From: an uncultured bacterium
Lineage (GTDB): Bacteria; Zixibacteria; MSB-5A5; GN15; FEB-12
NCBI GenBank assembly: GCA_965372795.1
Contig: CBDVDR010000017.1
Location: forward strand, 1-64,000
Length of the DNA stretch: 64,000 nt
Reading direction: 5' to 3'
The first letter of the stretch is position 1. Each line of letters begins with the position of its first letter. This document shows positions 48,331 through 57,163 of the stretch, in pieces. Made by a program: the position numbers and the translations under genes. The notes under the pieces were generated by a model. It saw nothing but the letters and a program-made list of their open reading frames with translations. It was not told where the DNA came from and did no database searches.

Positions 48331-48888
48331 TCAGACTTCCATGACATCTTTTTCTTTAGCATCAAGCATTTTATCAATCCGTTGAATATGACCATCAGTC
48401 AATTTCTGGATTTCATCATGTCCGTCAGCTTCCTGGTCCTCAGAGATTTCTTTATCTTTCTGAGCTTTCTTAAAGATGTCGTTATATTCTCTGCGGATAC
48501 TCCGCAAAGAAACACGCCCATCTTCAGCAAGGTGTTTACAATGCTTAACCAGTTCTTTACGTCGTTCTTCATTCAGCGCCGGAATCGGGAGTCTAATCAT
48601 TTGTCCGTCGACTAAAGGATTCAACCCCAGATCGGCAGCCTGGATTGCTTTTGTGATGTCAGCAACCGTTGATTTATCAAAAGCCTGAACGATTAGCAGT
48701 CTTGGTTCGGGCGAGTTGATGGTTGCCAACTGATTTAATGGCATCTTTGAACCATAAGCATCAACTTTGATGGTGTCCAACAGTTGCGGAGTTGCTTTTC
48801 CGGTTTGAACCGCCATAAATTCTTTTGAGATGGCTTCGATGGTTTTATCCATCCGTTCATTTGCATCTTTGTATGATTGATCGAGCAT
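48331..48888 (-). CDS. frr: Ribosome recycling factor
   Basis: VDAYG, LNQLA, DLGLNP, EERRKELVK, position after pyrH. Confidence 0.96.
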   Translation of the reverse strand: MLDQSYKDANERMDKTIEAISKEFMAVQTGKATPQLLDTIKVDAYGSKMPLNQLATINSPEPRLLIVQAFDKSTVADITKAIQAADLGLNPLVDGQMIRLPIPALNEERRKELVKHCKHLAEDGRVSLRSIRREYNDIFKKAQKDKEISEDQEADGHDEIQKLTDGHIQRIDKMLDAKEKDVMEV

Positions 48889-48928
48889 AATTTGATTCTC
48901 CTATCTCAGATAATTCCAATTTATCTTC

Positions 48929-49654
48929 TCAGGAAATAAGAGTACCGACCTCTTCACCCAGAACCACTCTTTTGAGATTACCGGGTACATTCAGATTGAT
49001 AACTCTTACAGGGATTTTATTATCTTTTAAAAGCGACACTGCGGTTGAGTCCATCACTCTTAATTCTTTTGTCAAAACTTCCATATATGTTAATTCCGGA
49101 AGGAATACAGCATCTTTATCTAATTTCGGATCAGCAGAATAAACACCGTCAACGTTGGTTGCTTTGACCATCATTTCAGCATTTATTTCCATAGATCTTA
49201 AAGCCGCCGCCGTATCGGTAGTAAAATATGGGTTACCGGTTCCAGCCGCAAAAATAACGAGCCTTCCCTTTTCCATATGTCTTTTGGCTCTACGACAAAT
49301 ATATTGTTCGGCAAAATCCTCAATTTTAACCGCCGACATGACTCTGGTAAAGATGCCCATATTCTCAAGCGTATCCATCATAGCCAGCGAATTGATCACA
49401 GTAGCCAGCATTCCCATTTTATCGCCGGTAACGCGGTCGATACCTCGAGCGGCAAGGTTGACGCCCCGGAAAATGTTGCCACCACCGAGAACGATTGCTA
49501 TCTCGGTGCCGAGATCTTTAATTTCTTTGATTTCTTTACAGATACGTTCGAGCGTATTCGGGTCAATGCCGAATTCGGTCTCTCCGAGGAGGGCTTCCCC
49601 GGAGAGTTTTAATAAAATTCTTTTAAAAGCAGGCGACGAGCCATCGCTATCCAT
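48929..49654 (-). CDS. pyrH: UMP kinase
   Basis: RILLKLSGEAL, GGGNIFRG, GNPYFTTD. Start trimmed to ATG 49654, just after the tsf stop. Confidence 0.96.
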   Translation of the reverse strand: MDSDGSSPAFKRILLKLSGEALLGETEFGIDPNTLERICKEIKEIKDLGTEIAIVLGGGNIFRGVNLAARGIDRVTGDKMGMLATVINSLAMMDTLENMGIFTRVMSAVKIEDFAEQYICRRAKRHMEKGRLVIFAAGTGNPYFTTDTAAALRSMEINAEMMVKATNVDGVYSADPKLDKDAVFLPELTYMEVLTKELRVMDSTAVSLLKDNKIPVRVINLNVPGNLKRVVLGEEVGTLIS

Positions 49655-49655
49655 A

Positions 49656-50249
49656 TTATTCACCAAGTCTAAAACGGGAGAACCGTTTGATCTGAATATT
49701 TTCACCGATAGTAGCAATCATGTTTTTCACAAAAATACCAATTGTTTGATCGGTGTCTTTGACAAAAGGCTGTTCAAGCAGAACTACTTCGGCGTAGTGT
49801 TTCTCAATTTTACCATCAATAATTTTATTGATAATTTTTTCCGGTTTGCCTTCGTTAATCGCCATTTGTTTGTAAATTTCGCGTTCTTTGGCAATATAAT
49901 CAGCATCGACTTCTTCACGTTCAACATATAACGGTGAAGCAGCGGCAACATGCATGGCAATGTCTCTGCCAAAAGCTTTAAAGCCATCAGTCCGGGCAAC
50001 AAAATCAGTTTCGCAATTGATTTCTACCATCGTACCTAATTTATCACCATAATGAATATACATTGCAATAATGCCTTCAGCCGTAGTTCTTCCTTCTTTA
50101 GAAGAAGCTTTAGCAATACCTTTTTCTCTTAAGTAATCGGCTGCTTTTCCAAATTCACCTTCACACTCAACAAGAGCTTTTTTACAATCCATCATGCCAG
50201 CTCCGGTTTTTTCGCGAAGCTCTTTAACCATCTTAGCAGTAATTTCCAT
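49656..50249 (-). CDS. tsf: Elongation factor Ts (short form)
   Basis: VKELREKTGAGMMDCKKAL, NCETDFVA, LLEQPFVKD. Confidence 0.97.
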   Translation of the reverse strand: MEITAKMVKELREKTGAGMMDCKKALVECEGEFGKAADYLREKGIAKASSKEGRTTAEGIIAMYIHYGDKLGTMVEINCETDFVARTDGFKAFGRDIAMHVAAASPLYVEREEVDADYIAKEREIYKQMAINEGKPEKIINKIIDGKIEKHYAEVVLLEQPFVKDTDQTIGIFVKNMIATIGENIQIKRFSRFRLGE

Positions 50250-50250
50250 C

Positions 50251-51045
50251 TTATTTCACTCTCTTATTTTTATCATCGGCTTTCACAACATCTTGGGTTG
50301 TATAAGTTGTCACTTTGTGTTCACGGTCTTCATCAACATTTGCTTCAATCATTTCCTGAGTAAGGTGATGTTTCGCATCAATCCCGGCTTCGACCAGTTC
50401 TTTTAAAAGGACTCTAATAGATTTGATCGCATCATCATTACCGGCAATCGGGAAATCAATCGGATCCGGATCAGCGTTGGTATCAATAATAGCAATGATT
50501 GGTATACCGAGTTTATTAGCTTCGGCAACAGCAATTTTTTCTTTTCTGGCATCAACGATAATGACTAGACCCGGCAGATAGTTCATCTCTTTAATTCCAC
50601 CGAGAACTTTACGAAGTTTTTCAGCAGAGTTCATAATCTTAGCTGCTTCTTTTTTGGTGAATTTTTCGAGGGTGCCATCGGTGCTCATTTTTTCAATATC
50701 TTTTAATTTCTTAATCGAATTTTTAATAGTATTGAAATTCGTAAGCATGCCACCAAGCCATCGTTCGGTGATATAGAACCCGTCGATTCTCGAAGCCTGT
50801 TCCATAATAACTTCTTTTGCCTGTTTTTTAGTTCCGACAAAAAGAATAGAACGACCGCGTCCGACCGTTTCACGAACCTTAGCTTTAGCGATTTCTAAAG
50901 CATTAAGAGTTTTTTGGAGGTCAATAATATAGATACCGTTTCTTGCAGTAAAGATAAACGGCTTCATTTTCGGGTTCCAACGACGAGTCTGATGCCCGAA
51001 ATGTACTCCTGCTTCAAGGAGTTCCTTGATCTTTGGATTTAACAT
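50251..51045 (-). CDS. rpsB: 30S ribosomal protein S2
   Basis: LLEAGVHFGHQTRRWNPKM, RWLGGMLTN, GNDDAI. Confidence 0.98.
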   Translation of the reverse strand: MLNPKIKELLEAGVHFGHQTRRWNPKMKPFIFTARNGIYIIDLQKTLNALEIAKAKVRETVGRGRSILFVGTKKQAKEVIMEQASRIDGFYITERWLGGMLTNFNTIKNSIKKLKDIEKMSTDGTLEKFTKKEAAKIMNSAEKLRKVLGGIKEMNYLPGLVIIVDARKEKIAVAEANKLGIPIIAIIDTNADPDPIDFPIAGNDDAIKSIRVLLKELVEAGIDAKHHLTQEMIEANVDEDREHKVTTYTTQDVVKADDKNKRVK

Positions 51046-51049
51046 ATTC

Positions 51050-51140
51050 TACCTTGGTTATGTAGTTATTCTTTATCCCGGCTTCAACCCTGAATCCACC
51101 CTGAAAAGGGACCGCATCCAAGTCGGCTGGAACTGTTTAT
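51050..51140 (-). ncRNA. Possible S2 (rpsB) leader / t44-like structure
   Basis: GC-richer nested imperfect hairpin (TTCCAGC..GCCGGGA enclosing CCCT..AGGG) in the rpsB 5' region, the known position of S2 leaders. Confidence 0.35.
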
Positions 51141-51167
51141 TTCCCCCAAAGGGGATGATTTTCCTTT

Positions 51168-51560
51168 TTAACGCTTTGAGAACTGGAAGCGTTTACGCGC
51201 TTTCGGCTGGCCATATTTCTTCCGTTCAACTTCACGAGCATCACGGGTAAGAAATCCGCCTTTTCTCAATGCATTTCGCAAATCAGGATCTCTCAGCAGC
51301 AATGCGCGAGCGATTGCTAAACGAATAGCTCCAGCTTGTCCTGATAAACCGCCGCCACGAGTACGACATCTGATATCGAAACTTCCCATTAATTCTGAGT
51401 CAACCAAAGGTTTTTGAGCGTGATCAACTAAGGTCTGACGTTTCAGATAGTCCTTAATATCACTGCCATTGACAACAATTTTGCCTTTTCCTTCAGAGAG
51501 TTCGATTCGAGCCGTAGATTCTTTCCGGCGACCAGTTGCAGCAAATGAATTTTTGTTCAT
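51168..51560 (-). CDS. rpsI: 30S ribosomal protein S9
   Basis: TGRRK, GGG-x-SGQAGA, ERKKYG..ARKRFQFSKR. Confidence 0.98.
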   Translation of the reverse strand: MNKNSFAATGRRKESTARIELSEGKGKIVVNGSDIKDYLKRQTLVDHAQKPLVDSELMGSFDIRCRTRGGGLSGQAGAIRLAIARALLLRDPDLRNALRKGGFLTRDAREVERKKYGQPKARKRFQFSKR

Positions 51561-51568
51561 ATCTCTTT

Positions 51569-52006
51569 CTATTTACTAAGCTTTAAAACTTCTGGTTTCT
51601 GTGCCTGATGGGGATGTTTAGCATCTGCATAAACATGCAGTTTCTTAAACATTTTTCTTCCGAGACGATTTTTAGGCATCATTCTTTTGACTGCCAGTCT
51701 AAAAACCTCTTCAGGCCTCTTCTTCATCAACTGAGCAAAAGTTGTAGTAGTTAAACCACCGGGGTAACCACTATAACGATAGTATCTTAATTGATCAGGT
51801 TTATTTTTCCCCAACACTCTTAATTTTTTGGCATTGATAGCTATAACATGCTCGCCAGTATCAAGGTGCGGAGTAAAAATAGGTTTGTCTTTTCCACGCA
51901 AAATATTTGCGACTTTGACAGCAGTTCTGCCCATAATCACATTATTAAGATCAATCAAGATCCATTTGCGATTGTCCGTTTCCACTTTAGGAATATAAGT
52001 TTTCAT
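51569..52006 (-). CDS. rplM: 50S ribosomal protein L13
   Basis: LRGK-x-KP-x-FTPH-x-D-x-G, SGYPGG, HPHQAQKP. Confidence 0.98.
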   Translation of the reverse strand: MKTYIPKVETDNRKWILIDLNNVIMGRTAVKVANILRGKDKPIFTPHLDTGEHVIAINAKKLRVLGKNKPDQLRYYRYSGYPGGLTTTTFAQLMKKRPEEVFRLAVKRMMPKNRLGRKMFKKLHVYADAKHPHQAQKPEVLKLSK

Positions 52007-52245
52007 TCAATTACCTTAGCTTAAATCTACGCCAATATTACAAAAGCCTCAAAATTTACACATATTTTGTTGAATGTCAACACTTTCAATAAAAAAAAAT
52101 GAGCTTTTATTAAGCTCTTTCCCATTGAAGATATCGGCACATCCCGCAATACATTTAACAACATTGATTTAGGGGGATTTATACGAATTTGTTAACTTGG
52201 TTAATAGTCCCATTTTTTTTAAAAATAGGACTATTAAATAACTAT

Positions 52246-52809
52246 TTATATCTTACCAACCAGATCTATTCCAGGTTTTAGAGTATTTTCACCCGGTTTC
52301 CAACTTGCCGGACAAACTTCTCCGCCATGTTCATGCACAAATTTGGCTGCTTGAAGTTTCCTTAAAAGCTCAACCGATGAGCGACCGATTGAATTATCAT
52401 TTATTTCAAATGACTTTATGATTCCATCCGGGTCGATAATAAATGTTCCACGAAGTGATAAGCCAGCTTCTTCAATCATCACCCCATAATCACGGCATAG
52501 ATTACCGGTTGGATCCGCAAGCATGGGGAATTTAATCTTTTTAATAGTTTCTGAACTTTCGTGCCAGGCAAGATGACTAAATTCAGTATCAGTTGAAGCA
52601 GACAAAACCTCTGCCCCTTGTTTCTTAAAAGTTTCATAATAATCAGCTAATTCACCAAGTTCTGTCGGACAGACAAAAGTAAAATCAGCCGGATAGAAAA
52701 ACAGAATCACCCATTTTCCTTTATAACTCTCAAGATTAACATCAATAAATTTTCCGTCTTGAAAGGCTTTCAAATTAAACTTTGGAGCCTGTTCATTGAT
52801 CTTCACCAT
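52246..52809 (-). CDS. ahpC: 2-Cys peroxiredoxin AhpC
   Basis: FYPADFTFVCPTE and EVCPASW. Confidence 0.96.
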   Translation of the reverse strand: MVKINEQAPKFNLKAFQDGKFIDVNLESYKGKWVILFFYPADFTFVCPTELGELADYYETFKKQGAEVLSASTDTEFSHLAWHESSETIKKIKFPMLADPTGNLCRDYGVMIEEAGLSLRGTFIIDPDGIIKSFEINDNSIGRSSVELLRKLQAAKFVHEHGGEVCPASWKPGENTLKPGIDLVGKI

Positions 52810-52949
52810 TTTGGACTTCCTTTCTCTATATTATTTAACATTCAATTCATTTCTTAACAAAGAATTATTGAAGAGGTTCCAAAAATCAAGCAAATTATAC
52901 ACTATAGTTACAAACCATGTTGCCGATATATATATTCAGAGGAAATATT

Positions 52950-53249
52950 ATGGAAATATATTTAAAATTATTCGAACAAGCGATTCAAAAGCAGATAGAA
53001 TTAGTAGGGGAAGATGTAGCTTTTGAACAGGCTAAAAAAGCTGGATTAGGGGTCTCCTCTGACGGTCATATCGTTAGTTGTACCGGGAATCCTCAATTAG
53101 TTCTTATGCGACTGATTAAGTTTTTCACTACCGGTGGTCATTTGAAAGCACTGGTAGAATGCACGCCATTAATCAATGAGTTGATTCGACGCGGACAAGA
53201 TGAAGAGACTTTAGAAGCCGAGCAAAAAGCTCATTTATCTGTGAAATAA
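52950..53249 (+). CDS. Small hypothetical protein
   Basis: ATG 52950 after AGAGGA SD, 99 aa. Confidence 0.6.
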   Translation: MEIYLKLFEQAIQKQIELVGEDVAFEQAKKAGLGVSSDGHIVSCTGNPQLVLMRLIKFFTTGGHLKALVECTPLINELIRRGQDEETLEAEQKAHLSVK

Positions 53250-53255
53250 GATTCA

Positions 53256-53873
53256 CTATTTCTGAATTAGTTTCAATTTGAAACGGGTATTAAATTTACC
53301 ATTTGAGCATTTCCCGCAAGATGCCATCCGGAATCTTTTCTGTCTCGGATATAATAACCCACAATTAGGACATATATAATTATATCGTGGTGTTTTTCTT
53401 AATGACGGGTGACCACGGGCTTTGAGGGTTGTTCCTACCCGTTTCGCTTCCCTTTTAAAATCAGTGTCATGTTTGAAGTGTAATATGTGAATCATTTCAT
53501 GCTTCAGGGTATCGGTTAAATCTTCGGGGAATATGTCATGATATTTCACTCCGATTTTAATCAGCTTATGGATCGGAGTATAAGAACCAGCAGAAAACAT
53601 CCGCTTGGAATATGCAATCCGAACCCGGGGTAGTTTTCCATCCCAATACAAAAGGTTGAGCCGATCAAACATCTGATATAGAATCTCAATTGTAGGAAGA
53701 GTTTTTAGCGGCTCTTTTAAAACTGTTTTGCGGTTGTTATCTTTGTCATGTGAAAGAATCTTTATGTCAGGTACAGGAACAGGCGGTTTCGCTTGCACAA
53801 GATTAAAGAGATCAAGGTTTAGAGCCCGGAACGCCCGTTTTATCAGTTTTCGTTTCATACGCCTAATATTCAA
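53256..53873 (-). CDS. SprT-like zinc metalloprotease
   Basis: TLKHEMIH zincin motif, H..F, C-terminal CPNC..CGKC zinc ribbon. Confidence 0.88.
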   Translation of the reverse strand: MNIRRMKRKLIKRAFRALNLDLFNLVQAKPPVPVPDIKILSHDKDNNRKTVLKEPLKTLPTIEILYQMFDRLNLLYWDGKLPRVRIAYSKRMFSAGSYTPIHKLIKIGVKYHDIFPEDLTDTLKHEMIHILHFKHDTDFKREAKRVGTTLKARGHPSLRKTPRYNYICPNCGLLYPRQKRFRMASCGKCSNGKFNTRFKLKLIQK

Positions 53874-53931
53874 GATTGATGTACTTAAATAATAGTTATG
53901 GATTTTTTTTCAACATTTCAACTAAAAGAAA

Positions 53932-54930
53932 TTATCTTCCGCCGCGAGTCAAACCTTTATCAGTAATGTAAAATGAAACGAGTTCTTGCGGGGTAACATC
54001 AAATGCCGGTGAATAGACCTCAATATTATCAGGAGCCGTCTGCATTCCAAATCCGTAAGTAACTTCAATTGAGGATCGTTCTTCAATTACAATATCGTCA
54101 CCGGTTTTGATCTTATTATCAAAAGTTGAGTATGGAGCAGCAATATAAAAGGGAACCTTATTTTCTTTGGCTAAAACAGCAACCGAATAAGTACCGATTT
54201 TATTGGCGAAATCACCATTGGCAGCCACCCGGTCAGCACCTACTATCACATGATCGATTTTCCCCTGCTTCATTAACATGCCGGCAGTATTATCACATAT
54301 CAAAGTAACTTTAATATTCTCCTGTTGAAGCTCCCAGGCTGTCAAACGGGCACCCTGAAGTAAAGGTCGGGTTTCATCCGCATAGATATGGTTTTTCTTG
54401 TTTTGATTATGACAAGTATAAATAACCCCAAGCGCAGTGCCTATCCCTCCGGTTGCAAGGGCTCCGGCATTACAATGAGTTAAAATTGAGTCGCCTTTTT
54501 TAATGAGCTCTGAACCATGGATTCCTATTTGTTCACAAAGAAATTTATCTTCAGAATGAATAGCCTCAGCCTCACTCCACAAACTTTTTATAACCTGATC
54601 TATGTCAGTTGAAGAAATTTCATTGAACTTGCTTATCATCCGATCAATAGCCCAGAAAAGATTAACAGCTGTGGGTCGCGAGGCTTTGATTTCATCGGCT
54701 GTTTTATAAACAAAAGCTTGATCAATATTTTGATGCTGATTTATAGCAGCTGCCAATGCATAAGCGGCAGCGATTCCGATTGCCGGGGCTCCGCGTACTT
54801 CCAGTCGCTTGATTGCTTCGATAAGTCGTAAATAATCAGCCGACTCGATATAGACGATTTCAAGGGGAAGTTTGGTTTGGTCAATCCATTTAATTGCATT
54901 TTCAGTTCTGCAAATTGTGGTAAAATTCAT
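53932..54930 (-). CDS. mtnA: S-methyl-5-thioribose-1-phosphate isomerase
   Basis: VRGAPAIG, RPTAVNL, THCNAGALAT, DETRPLLQGARLTAWEL, ANKIGTY. Confidence 0.95.
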   Translation of the reverse strand: MNFTTICRTENAIKWIDQTKLPLEIVYIESADYLRLIEAIKRLEVRGAPAIGIAAAYALAAAINQHQNIDQAFVYKTADEIKASRPTAVNLFWAIDRMISKFNEISSTDIDQVIKSLWSEAEAIHSEDKFLCEQIGIHGSELIKKGDSILTHCNAGALATGGIGTALGVIYTCHNQNKKNHIYADETRPLLQGARLTAWELQQENIKVTLICDNTAGMLMKQGKIDHVIVGADRVAANGDFANKIGTYSVAVLAKENKVPFYIAAPYSTFDNKIKTGDDIVIEERSSIEVTYGFGMQTAPDNIEVYSPAFDVTPQELVSFYITDKGLTRGGR

Positions 54931-54982
54931 AGCTCAGAGATATAAGAATATCGAATTAAAGTCAATGATATAATAAAGGGAA

Positions 54983-55399
54983 TTAGTCGCCAATGATCTG
55001 AATGACGACCGAGCGCTCTCTGGGACGATTATCAAACTCTAAAAAGACGACCTGCTGCCAGGTGCCTAAAGTTAGTTTTCCACTCACAAAAGGGACGGTG
55101 ATATCAGGACCTATCAAGGCTGCCCGAAGGTGTGAAAAGCCGTTGCCGTCATGCCAGGTAGCGTCATGTTCATAGGTGATATTTGAAGGGACTAGTTTTT
55201 CCATCAGGTTCGGAATATCTTTTAATAATCCCGGTTCATATTCAATGGTAGTAATTGCGGCGGTTGAGCCCGGCACAAAAGCAGTTACAGTACCGGAATT
55301 TATTTCTGATTTTGAGACTAATTCTATTATCTGATTGGTTAGGTCGACAATATCGCCGTCACCCGAAGTGTTGAATTTAATTTCCCGCGTATGAACCAT
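54983..55399 (-). CDS. yjbQ: YjbQ/UPF0047 family protein
   Basis: YEH..H-x-x-NG-x-SH, LGTWQ, EFD-x-x-PRER. Confidence 0.9.
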   Translation of the reverse strand: MVHTREIKFNTSGDGDIVDLTNQIIELVSKSEINSGTVTAFVPGSTAAITTIEYEPGLLKDIPNLMEKLVPSNITYEHDATWHDGNGFSHLRAALIGPDITVPFVSGKLTLGTWQQVVFLEFDNRPRERSVVIQIIGD

Positions 55400-57064
55400 T
55401 TAATTATACAAAAATCTTTTAACTTTTTTGGTCGATGTTTTTTCAAGCTCATTTATTTGAACTTCAAAATTTGTTATCCTTTTGTAATCAGCCATTTGAG
55501 TATTTACATTAGTAACAATTTCTTTAAAAACATTATTTAAAATTTTCATATCAGGGTTATTCAGATTTAGCTCGTGATAGGCTTTGACTTCATCCAAATC
55601 AGGAACGATAATTGCGACGACCTCTTCACCCTGTTTACTTTTCTTTTTTCTGCCGAAGACCACTGTCTCGAGAATCATATTCGATTCATGCAGTTTATCC
55701 TCGATCTCTTCGGGGTAAATATTTTTACCGGCAGCGGAAACAATTAGATTTTTTGCTCTTCCGGTTATCCAGAGATGCCCTTTTTTGATACAGCCTAAAT
55801 CACCGGTATGAAGCCAGCCATTTTTTAATAACTCAGATGTTTTTTCAGGGTTGTTTCTATACCCGGGAGTTACATTCCCACCGCGAGCGATGATCTCTCC
55901 CACCCCTTTTTTATCCGGATTTTCAATGCGAATTTCTACATTAGCAACTGCCTGACCGACAGAACCAAACTTGATATCATCAGGACGCTGAGCCGATAGA
56001 ACCGGTGATGATTCAGTCATGCCATACCCTTGAATAAATACCAGTCCGATGTAATTAAAAAATTCTGCTATTCTTGAGGGAACCGCCGCACCTCCTGAGA
56101 CAAACATTCGGATCGATCCAAGCCCGGCTTTTTCCCGCAGCGGCTGGAATAGTTTTACTCCTATGCGATTACCAACTTTCCAACCAAGATTAGAAAGCGA
56201 ATAAAGAGATTTAAACATAATCCGCTTGGTCACCGGCGCATTATTTATCGCCCGATTGATTGAATGGAACATTTTTTCAAATAAAAGCGGCACCCCGATT
56301 AATACTGTTATCTGATTGTTCACGATATCTTCAATTATCTCTTTGGATTTTAATGAACGGGCATATACAATTTTACAACCGATATACAAAGGTGTGAAAA
56401 AGCCGCAGGTTGCTTCAAATGTATGATGAAGCGGGAGAATCGATAAGAAAACATCATTTTCTTTTACTTCCAACGCCTCCTCAATGCTGGCTAAGTTGCA
56501 CAACAGATTCTTATGAGTAAGTTCAACAGCTTTTGGATCTCCGGTTGTACCGGAAGTATAGATCAGGACAGCAGTTTCACTTTGTGACGGTGTTAAACCG
56601 GAAGGATCAACAAACAAAGACTTATAAGAAGTGTGTGAGTTTTCATCAAATGAGAAGAGTTTTAAATCTTTATCAAATCCGTTAAGAGTTTCAATAAAGT
56701 TTGAGGAAGTAAAGACCACCTCTAAATCAGCATGGTTTATAATATTTTCAATTTCATTAGGTTTCAGATTAGCATCAATCGGAACAACCGTCCCACCGGC
56801 AGCAAGGATTGAAAAATAAGCTATTCCCCATTCCGGGCGATTTTCACTTAATAAGCCAATTTCCTTTTTTTGAAGAAGGGAATGCTTTTGAAGACCGGCT
56901 GCTATTTTCCTAACTGATGAAAACAGCTCTGAATAAGTATAAGAGGCACCTTTACCGCCTTTTCCAAGAAAAGCTATTCGGTTTTGTCTTCCTGATGCTC
57001 TGCTTTCGAGTGTAAAAAATAGATTATCAGTCAGACCAATTTTATTTTGAGCATTTACTGACAT
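55400..57064 (-). CDS. Long-chain fatty acid--CoA ligase (AMP-binding)
   Basis: YTSGTTGDPK, QGYGMTE, GWLHTGDLG, GRAKNLIV, IYPEEIE. Confidence 0.92.
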   Translation of the reverse strand: MSVNAQNKIGLTDNLFFTLESRASGRQNRIAFLGKGGKGASYTYSELFSSVRKIAAGLQKHSLLQKKEIGLLSENRPEWGIAYFSILAAGGTVVPIDANLKPNEIENIINHADLEVVFTSSNFIETLNGFDKDLKLFSFDENSHTSYKSLFVDPSGLTPSQSETAVLIYTSGTTGDPKAVELTHKNLLCNLASIEEALEVKENDVFLSILPLHHTFEATCGFFTPLYIGCKIVYARSLKSKEIIEDIVNNQITVLIGVPLLFEKMFHSINRAINNAPVTKRIMFKSLYSLSNLGWKVGNRIGVKLFQPLREKAGLGSIRMFVSGGAAVPSRIAEFFNYIGLVFIQGYGMTESSPVLSAQRPDDIKFGSVGQAVANVEIRIENPDKKGVGEIIARGGNVTPGYRNNPEKTSELLKNGWLHTGDLGCIKKGHLWITGRAKNLIVSAAGKNIYPEEIEDKLHESNMILETVVFGRKKKSKQGEEVVAIIVPDLDEVKAYHELNLNNPDMKILNNVFKEIVTNVNTQMADYKRITNFEVQINELEKTSTKKVKRFLYN

Positions 57065-57112
57065 CTAAATAAGTTAAGAAAGTATACTCCCACATGCAAT
57101 AATTTAGTCAAT

Positions 57113-57144
57113 AAAAAAACCGCCTGTCAAATACAGGCGGTTTT
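57113..57144 (-). terminator. Intrinsic terminator
   Basis: AAAAAAACCGCCTGT-loop-ACAGGCGGTTTT. Confidence 0.8.
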
Positions 57145-57163
57145 GATAAATCGAGGTAAAGTT

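Noticed and set aside
49155..49931. 258-aa plus-strand ORF and similar antisense ORFs over glyA, thiolases, uvrC and pil genes
   Set aside because: They lie opposite well-conserved genes and have no recognisable motifs.
49656..50249. Short 197-aa EF-Ts as a truncation or pseudogene
   Set aside because: Short EF-Ts forms are established in several phyla, and both termini and key motifs are intact.
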